Shown piece after piece: positions 1 to 9,834 of a DNA stretch of 64,000 bases. The first letter of the stretch is position 1. The number at the start of each line of letters is the position of its first letter. The notes beneath the pieces are model-generated. The model was not told where the DNA came from. It was given only the letters and a program-made list of their open reading frames with translations, and did no database searches. The DNA comes from a virus (lineage: Duplodnaviria > Caudoviricetes), in the IMG/VR virus record IMGVR_UViG_3300032167_000048; one strand, given 5' to 3'. Both the position numbers and the translations under genes were made by a program.

Positions 1-190
1 GGTTTTTGGGGTGAAAGGGGGGGATGAATGTGGTTGAATGTGGGTTGTGGAGTGGGGATAGAATGCTTTAAAAGTAGGGATTTTTAGTGGTAAGTGGGAG
101 AGTGGTGGGGGTGTAGTGGGGGTGTAGTGAGGGTGTAGTGGGAGAAGAGGGTCGATTTTGGGGTGTTTTTGGGTGTAGAGTGGGGGATGT
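1..190 (+). repeat. G-rich, C-poor low-complexity tract (G-quadruplex potential)
   Basis: Many GGG/GGGG runs and repeated GGGTGTAGTG units in an otherwise very AT-rich genome. Confidence 0.8.
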
Positions 191-252
191 TTTTCTTTTA
201 TATCGCTCCACTAGATACAAAAAAGTTTCTCAACTCGTGTCGCAAGTAAAAG

Positions 253-310
253 TTATCCACATTTTCCACATAGTTTTCCACATTATCCACAATCTGCAAA
301 GTTATCCACA
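253..310 (+). promoter_or_regulatory. Cluster of five co-oriented DnaA boxes
   Basis: TTATCCACA at 253, 283 and 302; TTTTCCACA at 262 and 274; all match TTWTNCACA. Confidence 0.8.
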
Positions 311-313
311 ATC

Positions 314-608
314 TGCCAGTTCCTCCAGTTTCTCCAGTTCAATTCCCAAATCTTCCAGTCGCCCAAAGTTCAGTCAAAGCACAAAGTTAAAGTTTTTAAA
401 AAATAGATTTTTCTGTTTCCAGTCGCTTTTCCAGTCGCTTCTCCAGTCGCCACACCAAACTAAAGTTTTTAAAAATTCCATTTTTCTGTCCAGTCAAATC
501 ACTCCAGTAAAGTTTTTAAAAATTCCATTTTTCTGATTTTCCAGTCGCCTCCAGTCAAGGCACAAAAAAGAGAGTGGATTTTCTCCACTCCCTTTTGAGT
601 TCCAGTAT
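314..608 (+). repeat. Dispersed short direct repeats TCCAGT(CGC)
   Basis: About 12 CCAGT copies, including three near-tandem TCCAGTCGC at 418-450. Confidence 0.7.
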
Positions 609-645
609 TCAGTTGTATGGGGTTATAATCCTATAACCTTATATG

Positions 646-921
646 TTATCCAGTAATAGTAAATCTTCTGCTTACTGTCTGTTTAACATACAATTTGTAA
701 ATGTCAGGACAAGCCGTTTTAAATGTTGTAGTGTCAAATCTGTTACTAGATACATTTTTGTATTTAATACAGTATCTTCCACATTTCATTTCTTCTTTGC
801 TCTGCATTTCTGCTTTGATTTCATCTTTGATAGCTTCGATTTCTTCCTCGGCTTCTTTTACGATTGCTTCAAGTTCTTTGAGTTCTTCAATCTTTTTCAT
901 TAGTTCAATAGTAGTCATCAT
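646..921 (-). CDS. Small coiled-coil phage protein resembling the C-terminal region of YqaJ-type recombinases
   Basis: Own promoter, GGAGG RBS and terminator; RFDTTTFK..CPDIYKLY...SRRF tail. Confidence 0.75.
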   Translation of the reverse strand: MMTTIELMKKIEELKELEAIVKEAEEEIEAIKDEIKAEMQSKEEMKCGRYCIKYKNVSSNRFDTTTFKTACPDIYKLYVKQTVSRRFTITG

Positions 922-1034
922 AAAATTTTCCTCCTAGCATTGGTGCTTTGTTTATACTGTTCTTTTAACTGTCTTTATTATACCACCTATATATCTACTT
1001 GTCAAGTATTTATTTAAAACTTTTTAAATTATTT

Positions 1035-1077
1035 TTTCCGTGTATCTTCCGTGTATCTTCCGTGTATCTTCCGTGTA
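1035..1077 (+). repeat. Tandem 11-bp repeat (TCTTCCGTGTA) x4
   Basis: Directly visible; another copy near 10103. Confidence 0.9.
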
Positions 1078-1465
1078 GTTTATGAACGTATGTTCTAGTT
1101 TGTGAATTTGATATTTTTATGTTATATCACATTCACATTGCATAAAATCTTCCAACTGGCATAGATGTAAAGTTTTTAAATATTCCATTTTTCTGTGCGT
1201 TCTGGAGCATACAAGTAAAGTTTTTAAAAATTAGGATTTTTTGGATGACAGTCCTATATAAATAAAGTTTTTAAAAATTCAATATTTTTGGATTGATAAA
1301 TCAAGATAAATCAACAAGATAAAGTTTTTAAAAATTCAACTTTTTTGGATTGCCAGATATGACAAAGTAAAGTTTTTAAAAATTCAACTTTTTTGGTTTG
1401 TACCTGTGGATGTTACAGCACAAAAAAAGACTAGGCTTTTCGCCTAGTCTTATAACCTTATTTGT

Positions 1466-2062
1466 TTAGTGTTCGTGGAATGCTACGTGTTCGCCATTCT
1501 TTAAGCTCCAACAGTTCACATTCTTCTTTGCACATTCTAAACAGTTTCCAGTACAGATGTTCCAGTTTTCTTTAGGTTCGCAACCTTTAAAGATAACGTG
1601 TGCAACTGGAATATTATGTGGGTTTTCCATTGTCATACCTTCCCATTCTGAAAAGATAAGATGTAAGTTAGTTGGAATGCTTCCACCATTATTGATATAT
1701 GTATTAACAAAATGGTATCTTTTTGTAAATACTAAGATGTCACAATGTGGATTCATTTTTGCTACGTCTACCATATCTACAAGATATTCATAACAAGGAA
1801 TGTCGCCAGCTACGTGCATTCTGAAGAATCGGCTTGTACACATTGCGTCAGATACCTGATTCCAATATTCAACTGGGTTATTCATGTAGAGTTCAAGATT
1901 TCTATTATAAGAATCTCGCACGTTTTTGTATCTACACATTCTTTTTGCGTAGCACTTTTTAGCACAAGTGCAACCGCTCGCACATGTTACGATTGGTGGT
2001 AAAGATACACTTTTAATTTCGCCCATTTTTACATTTCCTTTTGATACACTAATTGTCATCAT
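1466..2062 (-). CDS. GP88-like Cys-rich (radical-SAM-like) protein
   Basis: SLPP..TC...C.CAKKCYAKR, FFRMHVAGD and C-terminal CxxxCxxC; promoter, RBS and terminator. Confidence 0.7.
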   Translation of the reverse strand: MMTISVSKGNVKMGEIKSVSLPPIVTCASGCTCAKKCYAKRMCRYKNVRDSYNRNLELYMNNPVEYWNQVSDAMCTSRFFRMHVAGDIPCYEYLVDMVDVAKMNPHCDILVFTKRYHFVNTYINNGGSIPTNLHLIFSEWEGMTMENPHNIPVAHVIFKGCEPKENWNICTGNCLECAKKNVNCWSLKNGEHVAFHEH

Positions 2063-2149
2063 AATAAATACCTCTCTTTTCTAAGATGCTTTGTTTTATT
2101 TGTTAAGCTAATTATACACTATAAAAAACCACTTGTCAACTACTATTTT

Positions 2150-2395
2150 AAATTTAATTATAATTATTTAATAATAATTATCATATAATTATAGGTCATA
2201 ATTTAATAGGTCATAATTTAATCGGTCATAATTTAATCTGTTATAATTTAATAATTATTATAATAGTAATTATTATCATGTTATAATAGTAATCATTATT
2301 ATTGTAGGTATTGTGCAATTATTTTATATAATTAAAACAATTCAAAATAATTAAAATAGTTTAAACAATTTAAACAATTCAAACAATTTAGTTGG
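2150..2395. repeat. Very AT-rich tract with GGTCATAATTTAAT x3 and AAACAATT(T/C) repeats
   Basis: Visible at 2194-2238 and 2334-2390. Confidence 0.8.
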
Positions 2396-2912
2396 TTAAA
2401 GTTTTTTAAAAATAGGTTTTTTTGTCTATTATAACATATTTTTAATAATTTGTCAAGTAGTTTTATAGAAAATTTTTTAACGTACATATAAGTAAAGTTT
2501 TTAAAAATTGGATTTTTTTGGACTACCAGAACCAGCAAACATATAAGTAAAGTTTTTAAAAATTAGAAAAATTTGGCACAGTCTATATTCTGGAAACATA
2601 AAGCTAAAGTTTTTAAAAATTCGAAAAAATTGGATGCTGGTCGCCTGCCAGATACAACAAACTAAAGTTTTTAAAAATTGGACTTTTTTGTCCCAGCAGG
2701 TCGCAACCGTATATTAAAGTAAAGTTTTTAAAAATTGGATTTTTTTGGATTGCTGGTTGCCGTCTGGGAGAATGGTTTAAAGTTTTTAAAAATTCAACTT
2801 TTTTGGACGCTGGAGCTGTACCAGATACAACGGTTTAAAGTTTTTAAAAATTTAACTTTTTTGGCACGCTCCAGAAAATAAAAAATAAGGGCTGATTTCT
2901 CAGCCCTCATTT

Positions 2913-3230
2913 TTATTCATTCAATAGATAACAATAATCAACTTTCCAACCGTCTACTCCATGCATATACCAATCAAGTCTCACCCCTAAATCTGTTCCA
3001 TCTAAACAATCTGCAAAAATAGAATTGCTTGACTGGTTTGGTAAGAATGCTTTTTGGTCACTGGTAAATTCATAACTGCGTTCTAGCTCTGTATATGGTG
3101 CTGTAAAACTATTCTCTGTAAATACTACAACTCCAGTTAATCGCTTTTCATTGCCTTTTGTTTTGTAGCCGTGTTCTTCGTTGAATTTCCACATTGCTTC
3201 AATCATTTCATTCCAAGTAATTTTTTTCAT
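2913..3230 (-). CDS. Hypothetical cassette protein
   Basis: 105 aa; promoter, GAGG RBS and terminator. Confidence 0.85.
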   Translation of the reverse strand: MKKITWNEMIEAMWKFNEEHGYKTKGNEKRLTGVVVFTENSFTAPYTELERSYEFTSDQKAFLPNQSSNSIFADCLDGTDLGVRLDWYMHGVDGWKVDYCYLLNE

Positions 3231-3570
3231 AGTTTTTACCTCTTTTCTTTATTAAGTTGTTTTATTAGGTTAATACTATTGTAAAGGATAACAAGCTATT
3301 TGTCAAGTAGAATTTTATATTTTTTTAAATTAAATTGATTGATTTTTTCTATAAGTATATATAAAGTTTTTAAAAATTAGATTTTTTAATTAGTAAAGTT
3401 TTTAAATATTTAAAAAAATTGGCAGCAGGCAGCAGTCTGGCATTAACAAAGTAAAGTTTTTAAAAATTGCATTTTTTTGGCTATGCTGGAATAACGGTTT
3501 AAAGTTTTTAAAAATTTAATTTTTTTGGATAAAAAATCCAATAAAAAAAGGAGGACTGCTCCTCCTAATT

Positions 3571-3708
3571 TTATTTAACCTCAAAAGGGACTTCTGCATC
3601 CCAGTCCCATGATTCGTATAAGTCCATCATACGACCAATAGAGTTCTGTGCCAACTCTGGTTTTGCCCCTCTAGATACTTCTAAATCAAAATATTCACTC
3701 CATGTCAT
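3571..3708 (-). CDS. 45-aa acidic cassette protein (not in ORF track)
   Basis: MTWSEYFDLEVSRGAKPELAQNSIGRMMDLYESWDWDAEVPFEVK; AGGAG RBS, promoter at 3757-3785, terminator right after the stop. Confidence 0.8.
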   Translation of the reverse strand: MTWSEYFDLEVSRGAKPELAQNSIGRMMDLYESWDWDAEVPFEVK

Positions 3709-3955
3709 AGCTCAAATCTCCTATTTAAAAATATACTCTGTTCACTTGTTAAATATATTGTATCATGTTAGTTGCTATTTGTCAAGTAGTTTGATTTATT
3801 TTTTTAAATATTTTTTATAAAAATTAAAACCAAAGTTTTTAAAAATTCAACTTTTTTGGATTTAGCTGTATTAAATAAAATTGTAAAGTTTTTAAAAATT
3901 CAATTTTTTTGGCTAGATAAAAATAAAATATAAAAGCACAAAAAAAAGAGACTGT

Positions 3956-4264
3956 TTACCAGTCTCTCTCTTTTGAACGTGGTCTATAACCGAACATGTC
4001 CTTGTGCCAGTCTGAGTAGAATCCCCAAGTTTCATCATCAATCTCATTCCAGCTCTTGCCCTTAATGTTCTTTTCATAGAACGCATCAAACTGTTCTTGA
4101 TTCTCTTCTCGGTATCTCTCATCCATGATTGAGCTTAAAAAGAAGTACTTCTTATATGTAGCATCCCAATCATTATCGCAAGGATTCATTAGTTCTAACA
4201 TGTCGCCAAGTCTTCTCATCTCGCTTCTGATTTCATCGTTAGTCATTGTGTTGTAGTTCATCAT
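3956..4264 (-). CDS. Hypothetical cassette protein
   Basis: GGAGG RBS favours the ATG at 4264; promoter and terminator present. Confidence 0.8.
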   Translation of the reverse strand: MMNYNTMTNDEIRSEMRRLGDMLELMNPCDNDWDATYKKYFFLSSIMDERYREENQEQFDAFYEKNIKGKSWNEIDDETWGFYSDWHKDMFGYRPRSKERDW

Positions 4265-4595
4265 AACTAAGCCCTCCATATATTCTGTTGTTTATATACT
4301 AAGTATACACCACATTTAATAACTTGTCAAGTAGTTTTATAAAATTATTTAAACTTTTTTGCCGTACCTGTCGCCAGCCTGAGTAGAACAACGGTTTAAA
4401 GTTTTTAAAAATTGAAAATTTTTGGCAGCAGGCAGCAGGCGATTAAAGTTTTTAAAAATTCAACTTTTTTGGCTTGCCAGCTGTTTATCGCTGGCAAGTG
4501 GCAGCAGTCAATTAAAGTTTTTAAAAATTTAATTTTTTTGGATTGAAAAAATAAAATAAACATTTTAAGAGAATAAAAAAATGAGCTAGATTTCT

Positions 4596-4841
4596 CTAGC
4601 TCTTTGGCATTCTTACTATTTTGTGTTTACAACAATAGTCATATAATTTTGCTTGATTCATTTCACACATTTCTTGTGTAAAATCATTTACTATTAAGAT
4701 TTCATCTACACATTTACTCATTGTGCTTAACTCACTCTTCCAGCCTCTCATGGTCTTATTTCTGAGTTTTTGTAAACCATTGTTTCCCATTGGATTCTGC
4801 ATTCCTAAACTTCCTAAGTTAATAAATCCTACTGCGTACAT
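4596..4841 (-). CDS. Hypothetical cassette protein
   Basis: 81 aa; AAGGAG RBS, promoter and terminator. Confidence 0.8.
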   Translation of the reverse strand: MYAVGFINLGSLGMQNPMGNNGLQKLRNKTMRGWKSELSTMSKCVDEILIVNDFTQEMCEMNQAKLYDYCCKHKIVRMPKS

Positions 4842-5141
4842 ATTAAGTTCTCCTTTACTTATTGAGTTGTTTTATTTGTTAATATAATGATACACCATAG
4901 CTTGCTATTTGTCAAGTAGTTTATTTAAAATACTTTAAATTATTTTTTGACTGGTGACGGTGACGACACACGGTTGTTGTAGTTGTTAAAATATAGTTTT
5001 TAAATATTTAAAAAAATTGGCAGCAGGCAGCAGGCTTTTAAAGTTTTTAAAAATTGAATTTTTTTGGATTTTAAAAAATAAAAGACAACTTTTAAGAGAA
5101 TAAAATAAGGGCGATAACTTACGTCATCGCCCATCATTTTA

Positions 5142-5399
5142 TTATGCAGTTTTTAAATTGTTTAATGCAAATTTTAAATAATCTAAATCTCCATTGAACT
5201 CCTCATGGCTTTTTACCCAATCATCACTCCACTCATCGAAATCTCCACGAACGGAAATTGTTATATCATTATCTGATATACTCTTGATTCTAGCAATTCC
5301 AAAACCGTCTAATGAATCATGGAAACCTACAAAGAACATAATTTCCATTCCTTCTTTTGCTTCACTAATGTTGTTAATAATAACTGCGTTGTTGTTCAT
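5142..5399 (-). CDS. Hypothetical cassette protein
   Basis: 85 aa; AAGGAG RBS, promoter and terminator. Confidence 0.8.
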   Translation of the reverse strand: MNNNAVIINNISEAKEGMEIMFFVGFHDSLDGFGIARIKSISDNDITISVRGDFDEWSDDWVKSHEEFNGDLDYLKFALNNLKTA

Positions 5400-5797
5400 A
5401 ATGAATCTCCTTTTCTTTATTAAGTTTTATTATTTGTTTTCCAACTGTCTTTAGTATACCACATAAGCAACTACTTGTCAACTACTAATTTAAAATAATT
5501 TAAAATAATTTTTTATCATAGCTTAATAAAGTTTTTAAATATTTAATTTTTCTGGCAGCAGGATGACAATTATATATAACTTTAAAGTTTTTAAAAATTG
5601 AAAAAAATTGGCAGCAGGTTGCCAGAAAAATTAAAAAGGTAAAGTTTTTAAAAATTCGATTTTTTTGTCACCAGACGGCAGCAGGATAAAGTTTTTAAAA
5701 ATTGAAAAAAATTGGCAGCAGGATTCTGGGTTTGATAAAATAGTAAAGTTTTTAAAAATTCGATTTTTTTGGATTTGAAAAGATTATGACTAAACAT

Positions 5798-5917
5798 AAA
5801 AAAAAGAGGGCTGATTTTTCAGCCCTCAAAAAACAACGGATATATATTTTCAACACATCAACAACAACAACAACACTACTAAAAGAAAAGAGAACGTATT
5901 CCGTTGTTTTTTATCTA
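5798..5917 (-). ncRNA. Candidate ~120-nt small RNA cassette
   Basis: Consensus promoter at 5923-5951, no ORF, a 13-bp perfect closing stem (5828-5840 with 5900-5912), then a terminator at 5798-5827. Confidence 0.75.
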
Positions 5918-5970
5918 ATATAATTATACTATAAATTAGTTAATTTGTCAAGTATATTTTTTAATTATTT

Positions 5971-6234
5971 TTACTTTCCAGCAAATCGTGGTAAAAATCT
6001 ATTAAACTCCACAGCTGGATAACTGCTTCTGTCAACGTGGTTAACAATTCCTACAAGGTCGTGTGCAAAGTTAAAGTTATCTGCGTTCAACCAATCTTCT
6101 AATCGCATGTTAAAATACTTATCTGCACTTTCAATATCCATTATAAGTGTTAACCGTTCTCCGTGATAGATTCCAAGCTCCTCTGCTCTTTCAGCTATTT
6201 TAACGTATATCATAAATCTTTCTTTGTCTTTCAT
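5971..6234 (-). CDS. Conserved small phage protein (DUF6874-like)
   Basis: LNADNFNFAHDLVGIVNHVDR...FLPRF motif; promoter and RBS. Confidence 0.65.
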   Translation of the reverse strand: MKDKERFMIYVKIAERAEELGIYHGERLTLIMDIESADKYFNMRLEDWLNADNFNFAHDLVGIVNHVDRSSYPAVEFNRFLPRFAGK

Positions 6235-6529
6235 AGTAATCGCTCCTTACTTGTTTTATTTAAGTTAATTATAACGCATATTCTTCTATTTGTCAAGTAG
6301 TATTTTATATTTTTTAACAAACTTTTCCTGAGCTAAAAAAATGTAAAGTTTTTAAAAATTGCATTTTTTTGGCGAGGTGGCAGCAGGCTGGACAAGTTTT
6401 TCAAAATTGATAAAAACTGTCCAGCTGGCAGCAGGATTCTAAAGTTTTTAAAAATTACATTTTTTTGGATTATGGCAGCAGGATGTCGGACAATGAAAAA
6501 GAGCGGTAGATTTCTCCACCGCTCTTGTT

Positions 6530-6904
6530 TTATACTAGCACCGCCTTTACTAATAACATCATGTTTGGTATAAATACTTCCCTTCCGAGTTCCTCACGGA
6601 CTATGTTTATTTGTCTGTCGGTCAATCCAATTGTGTTTCCCTCATCATCATGACTTACAAATACGCAATTACCCATGATTAAATCTAATACTCTGTTTCC
6701 ATCTCTGTCTAGTACTGCAACTTGAGGTTCAAGTCCAATTAACTTACCCTCTTCATTTATAATTGGGTCAATTCTTTCTTGTATGAATCTTTCGCACATA
6801 TATGCTCTTTCAATCCATCCACCAACTATTTCTTGCATAGTTTCTAAACTGTTTTCAATTTCTTTTTCTTTTAAGATTCCGTTTTCTAATACTATTGCTC
6901 TCAT
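6530..6904 (-). CDS. DUF3846-like protein
   Basis: NSLETMQEIVGGWIE...INEEGKLIGLEP motif. Confidence 0.75.
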   Translation of the reverse strand: MRAIVLENGILKEKEIENSLETMQEIVGGWIERAYMCERFIQERIDPIINEEGKLIGLEPQVAVLDRDGNRVLDLIMGNCVFVSHDDEGNTIGLTDRQINIVREELGREVFIPNMMLLVKAVLV

Positions 6905-7299
6905 GTTAAGCTCTCCTTTTCTTTTTGCTTTGTTATTATATATACATTATAACGCTAATTATTTATATTGTCAAGTAGTTTTATTAAATTTGTTTAAAAT
7001 ATTTCTCCAGTCGTCCACCTGTGACTCTGGTGTTATAGTTTTTAAATATTGAGAAATTTTGGAAAAACGCGTATACATTTAAAGTTTTTAAAAAATCAAT
7101 TTTTTTGGCAGCAGGTTGCCAGACAGGAATGGCACTCTAAAGTTTTTAAAAATTGAAAATTTTTGGCAGCAGGATACCAGATAAAATAATAAGTTAAAGT
7201 TTTTAAAAATTGGATTTTTTTGGATTATGCAAATCTGGTTTTAAACTAAACAAAAAAAGAAGAGTTGATTTCTCAACTCTTCCTATATAACCTTGTTTG

Positions 7300-7557
7300 T
7301 TAGTGTGCTACTTCTAAGCTACACCACCAAGCCTTACCTCCTCCGTTAATTCCTAACATATCAATAAAAGCGTTAATGTGTTTCATTGTAGTTGCACTGT
7401 AATCATCCCAAAGTCGTTCAAATCGTCCCTCATGCACTCTAGCAACGATTGTGTTGTAACTCTTTAATTCAATGTCGCCATTGTCTTTTTCAATTACTGT
7501 TGCTTTTCCGTAGAATGATTTCTGTCTGTTGTTTGGTTTAAGTTCGTAAGTTCTCAT
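7300..7557 (-). CDS. Hypothetical phage protein
   Basis: 85 aa, KSFYGKA...LKSYNTIVA...YSATTMKH; full cassette signals. Confidence 0.8.
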   Translation of the reverse strand: MRTYELKPNNRQKSFYGKATVIEKDNGDIELKSYNTIVARVHEGRFERLWDDYSATTMKHINAFIDMLGINGGGKAWWCSLEVAH

Positions 7558-7864
7558 GATGTTCTCTCCTTTTGAAATGTGTTATTTGTTTTATCTGTCT
7601 TTATTATAATGCATATATAACTATTTGTCAAGTAGTAAAATGAAATTTGTTTAAATTATTTTTTAGCTGGTGACACACGGTTGTTGTCGTTGTTATTATT
7701 TTAAAGTTTTTAAAAATCGATTTTTTTGACTCAACCGTTTTAGTTAAATAAAGTTTTTAAATATTTAAAAAAGTTGGCAGCAGGATGCCAGATAAAACAA
7801 CGGTTTAAAGTTTTTAAAAATTGGATTTTTTTGGATTAGACAGGCAAAAAAATATGTGTGGCGA

Positions 7865-8245
7865 CTACCACACATATTTATCATAAAGCTCTTTGATTTC
7901 ATCTTCGTTTTTTGTCTTTACACATTTATCAATGAGTTTAATATATGTATAAACCATATCATTATGTCTTTGCTGTTGTCTGTACTGGCTATAATCGTCA
8001 ATATACTGTACATATTTATCATAACCCCTTAAGAAGTATTCCATTACATCCTTTTTGTTGTCTTCTGTAATTTTAACTACTTCTCTGACTCTGTCTGTTT
8101 TTTTGATAGTTTCTAAATACGTTTTGTTTCCACTATCTTTGTCTACCTCGCAATTATTTAAATAATATTCTTTTTTACCATTTTCCTCTAATGTTAAGAA
8201 TAAATAATCTTTTTCAATTCCCTTCATTTTAACTAATACGTTCAT
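7865..8245 (-). CDS. Hypothetical cassette protein
   Basis: GGAGGT RBS favours the ATG at 8245; the track start at 8290 overlaps the promoter. Confidence 0.8.
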   Translation of the reverse strand: MNVLVKMKGIEKDYLFLTLEENGKKEYYLNNCEVDKDSGNKTYLETIKKTDRVREVVKITEDNKKDVMEYFLRGYDKYVQYIDDYSQYRQQQRHNDMVYTYIKLIDKCVKTKNEDEIKELYDKYVW

Positions 8246-8536
8246 GTTTGTACCTCCGTGCGTTGTTTCTTGTTGATTATATATTATCACATAAAAGATA
8301 TATTGTCAAGTAGTTTTGGATAAATTTGTTATTTTTTTCTGCTGTTAAAGTTTTTAAAAATTCATTTTTTTGACACGCCAGACGCATAAACGTAAAGTTT
8401 TTAAATATTTAATTTTTTTGGATTATGAAAACAGGATGTGGCATAAAGTTAAAGTTTTTAAAAATTCGATTTTTTTGGCATATAAAAAAATAAAAGAAAG
8501 ATTTTAAGAGAAATAAAAAAGGAGCTTTTCAGCTCC

Positions 8537-8722
8537 TTAAAACATGCATCCTATAATGTATAATGCAAATAACATTACAAAGATTGAAAGTGCTCCAACG
8601 AAGTCGAGTGCTTCTTCTTTTGAAATACCCCATTCATTCCAAAATCTTCTGAAACGAATCTTTGCATATTTTTTAATAAGTTTAATCTTTCTTTTATCTT
8701 CTTTGCTTAATAATGTTTTCAT
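8537..8722 (-). CDS. Small membrane protein
   Basis: Basic N-terminus, C-terminal hydrophobic helix; RBS, promoter and terminator. Confidence 0.75.
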   Translation of the reverse strand: MKTLLSKEDKRKIKLIKKYAKIRFRRFWNEWGISKEEALDFVGALSIFVMLFALYIIGCMF

Positions 8723-9158
8723 AATGTTTTCTCCTTTAAATATATGCTTCGTTTGTTGTTAATATTATGTTACCACATGTTTAATATAATGTCAAGTAGT
8801 TTTTTAAATATTTTTTATTTTTTCTGACTGGAATTAACTGGAGTGTACAGCGATTAAATAGTAAAGTTTTTAAATATTTAATTTTTTTGGCAGCAGGCAG
8901 CAGGACACTATTAGTTTTTAAAAAATGAGAAATTTTGGAAAAACGCGTATACATGTTAAAGTTTTTAAATATTTGATTTTTTTTGGATTGACCGTTTTTA
9001 CACATTTAAAGTTTTTAAATATTCAACTTTTTTGGATTTGATTTTTTTAGATTTTAAAAATGTAAAGTTTTTAAAAATTCGATTTTTTTGGCATGAAAAG
9101 AAATATAAAAAATAGCAATAAAAAAAGAACACGTTGTTTCCAACGTGTTCCATATGTT

Positions 9159-9416
9159 TTAAAATACGGATTCTAATAGACCACTAAAGCTGTTAGCTTC
9201 TTGTCTTTTGCGAATCATACTGTAATGATTCATACGAGCATCATACAATGTTGTTGCTCTCATGTATTCAATTTCAGTTCCGTCTGAGTAAAGTGCCATT
9301 GTTTCGTAAAATGGTCTCTTCTCATCGCTAAAGTATACTGTTGAGATATACTCATCTTTATTTGAGTACTGTGTATTAGGTTTACTGTGTAAAATGTGAA
9401 GTGATATTCTAGTCAT
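9159..9416 (-). CDS. Hypothetical cassette protein
   Basis: 85 aa; AAGGAGG RBS, promoter and terminator. Confidence 0.8.
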   Translation of the reverse strand: MTRISLHILHSKPNTQYSNKDEYISTVYFSDEKRPFYETMALYSDGTEIEYMRATTLYDARMNHYSMIRKRQEANSFSGLLESVF

Positions 9417-9672
9417 AATATTGACCCTCCTTAAGTAATATGTTGTTGTATTGCCCTCTTGAGCTATTTATAGTATATCAAATGATACATACGTTGTCAA
9501 GTAGTTTCATTAAATCTTTTCAATTTTATTTTCACAGGTGGTTTTTACATTAAAGTAAAGTTTTCAAAAATTCCATTTTTTTGGCGTGACCGTTTCAGTA
9601 TTTTAAAGTTTTTAAAAATTCCATTTTTTTGGCGTGACAAATTAAATAAAAAAAGAAGGTCTTGTGACCTTC

Positions 9673-9834
9673 TTAATTTTCCTTGAAAAATGCAGTTACT
9701 GTTTTTTCCACGTCTATTTCTGCATCTTCTCTTGCATCTGCAATGTTTACAGCATCTTCAAAGAACATTGCTTCAATATATTCATCAAATGATTCTCCGT
9801 TTTCTTTTTTAAAATAAATGTGCCATTTCTTCAT
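9673..9834 (-). CDS. 53-aa acidic cassette protein (not in ORF track)
   Basis: MKKWHIYFKKENGESFDEYIEAMFFEDAVNIADAREDAEIDVEKTVTAFFKEN; GGAGG RBS, promoter at 9879-9907, terminator. Confidence 0.8.
   Translation of the reverse strand: MKKWHIYFKKENGESFDEYIEAMFFEDAVNIADAREDAEIDVEKTVTAFFKEN

Noticed and set aside
138-536. 132-aa ORF
   Set aside because: It is a translation of the G-rich tract, DnaA boxes and repeats, with low complexity.
2332-2538. 68-aa minus ORF (also 8781..9005)
   Set aside because: They read through repeat motifs and promoters, with no RBS.
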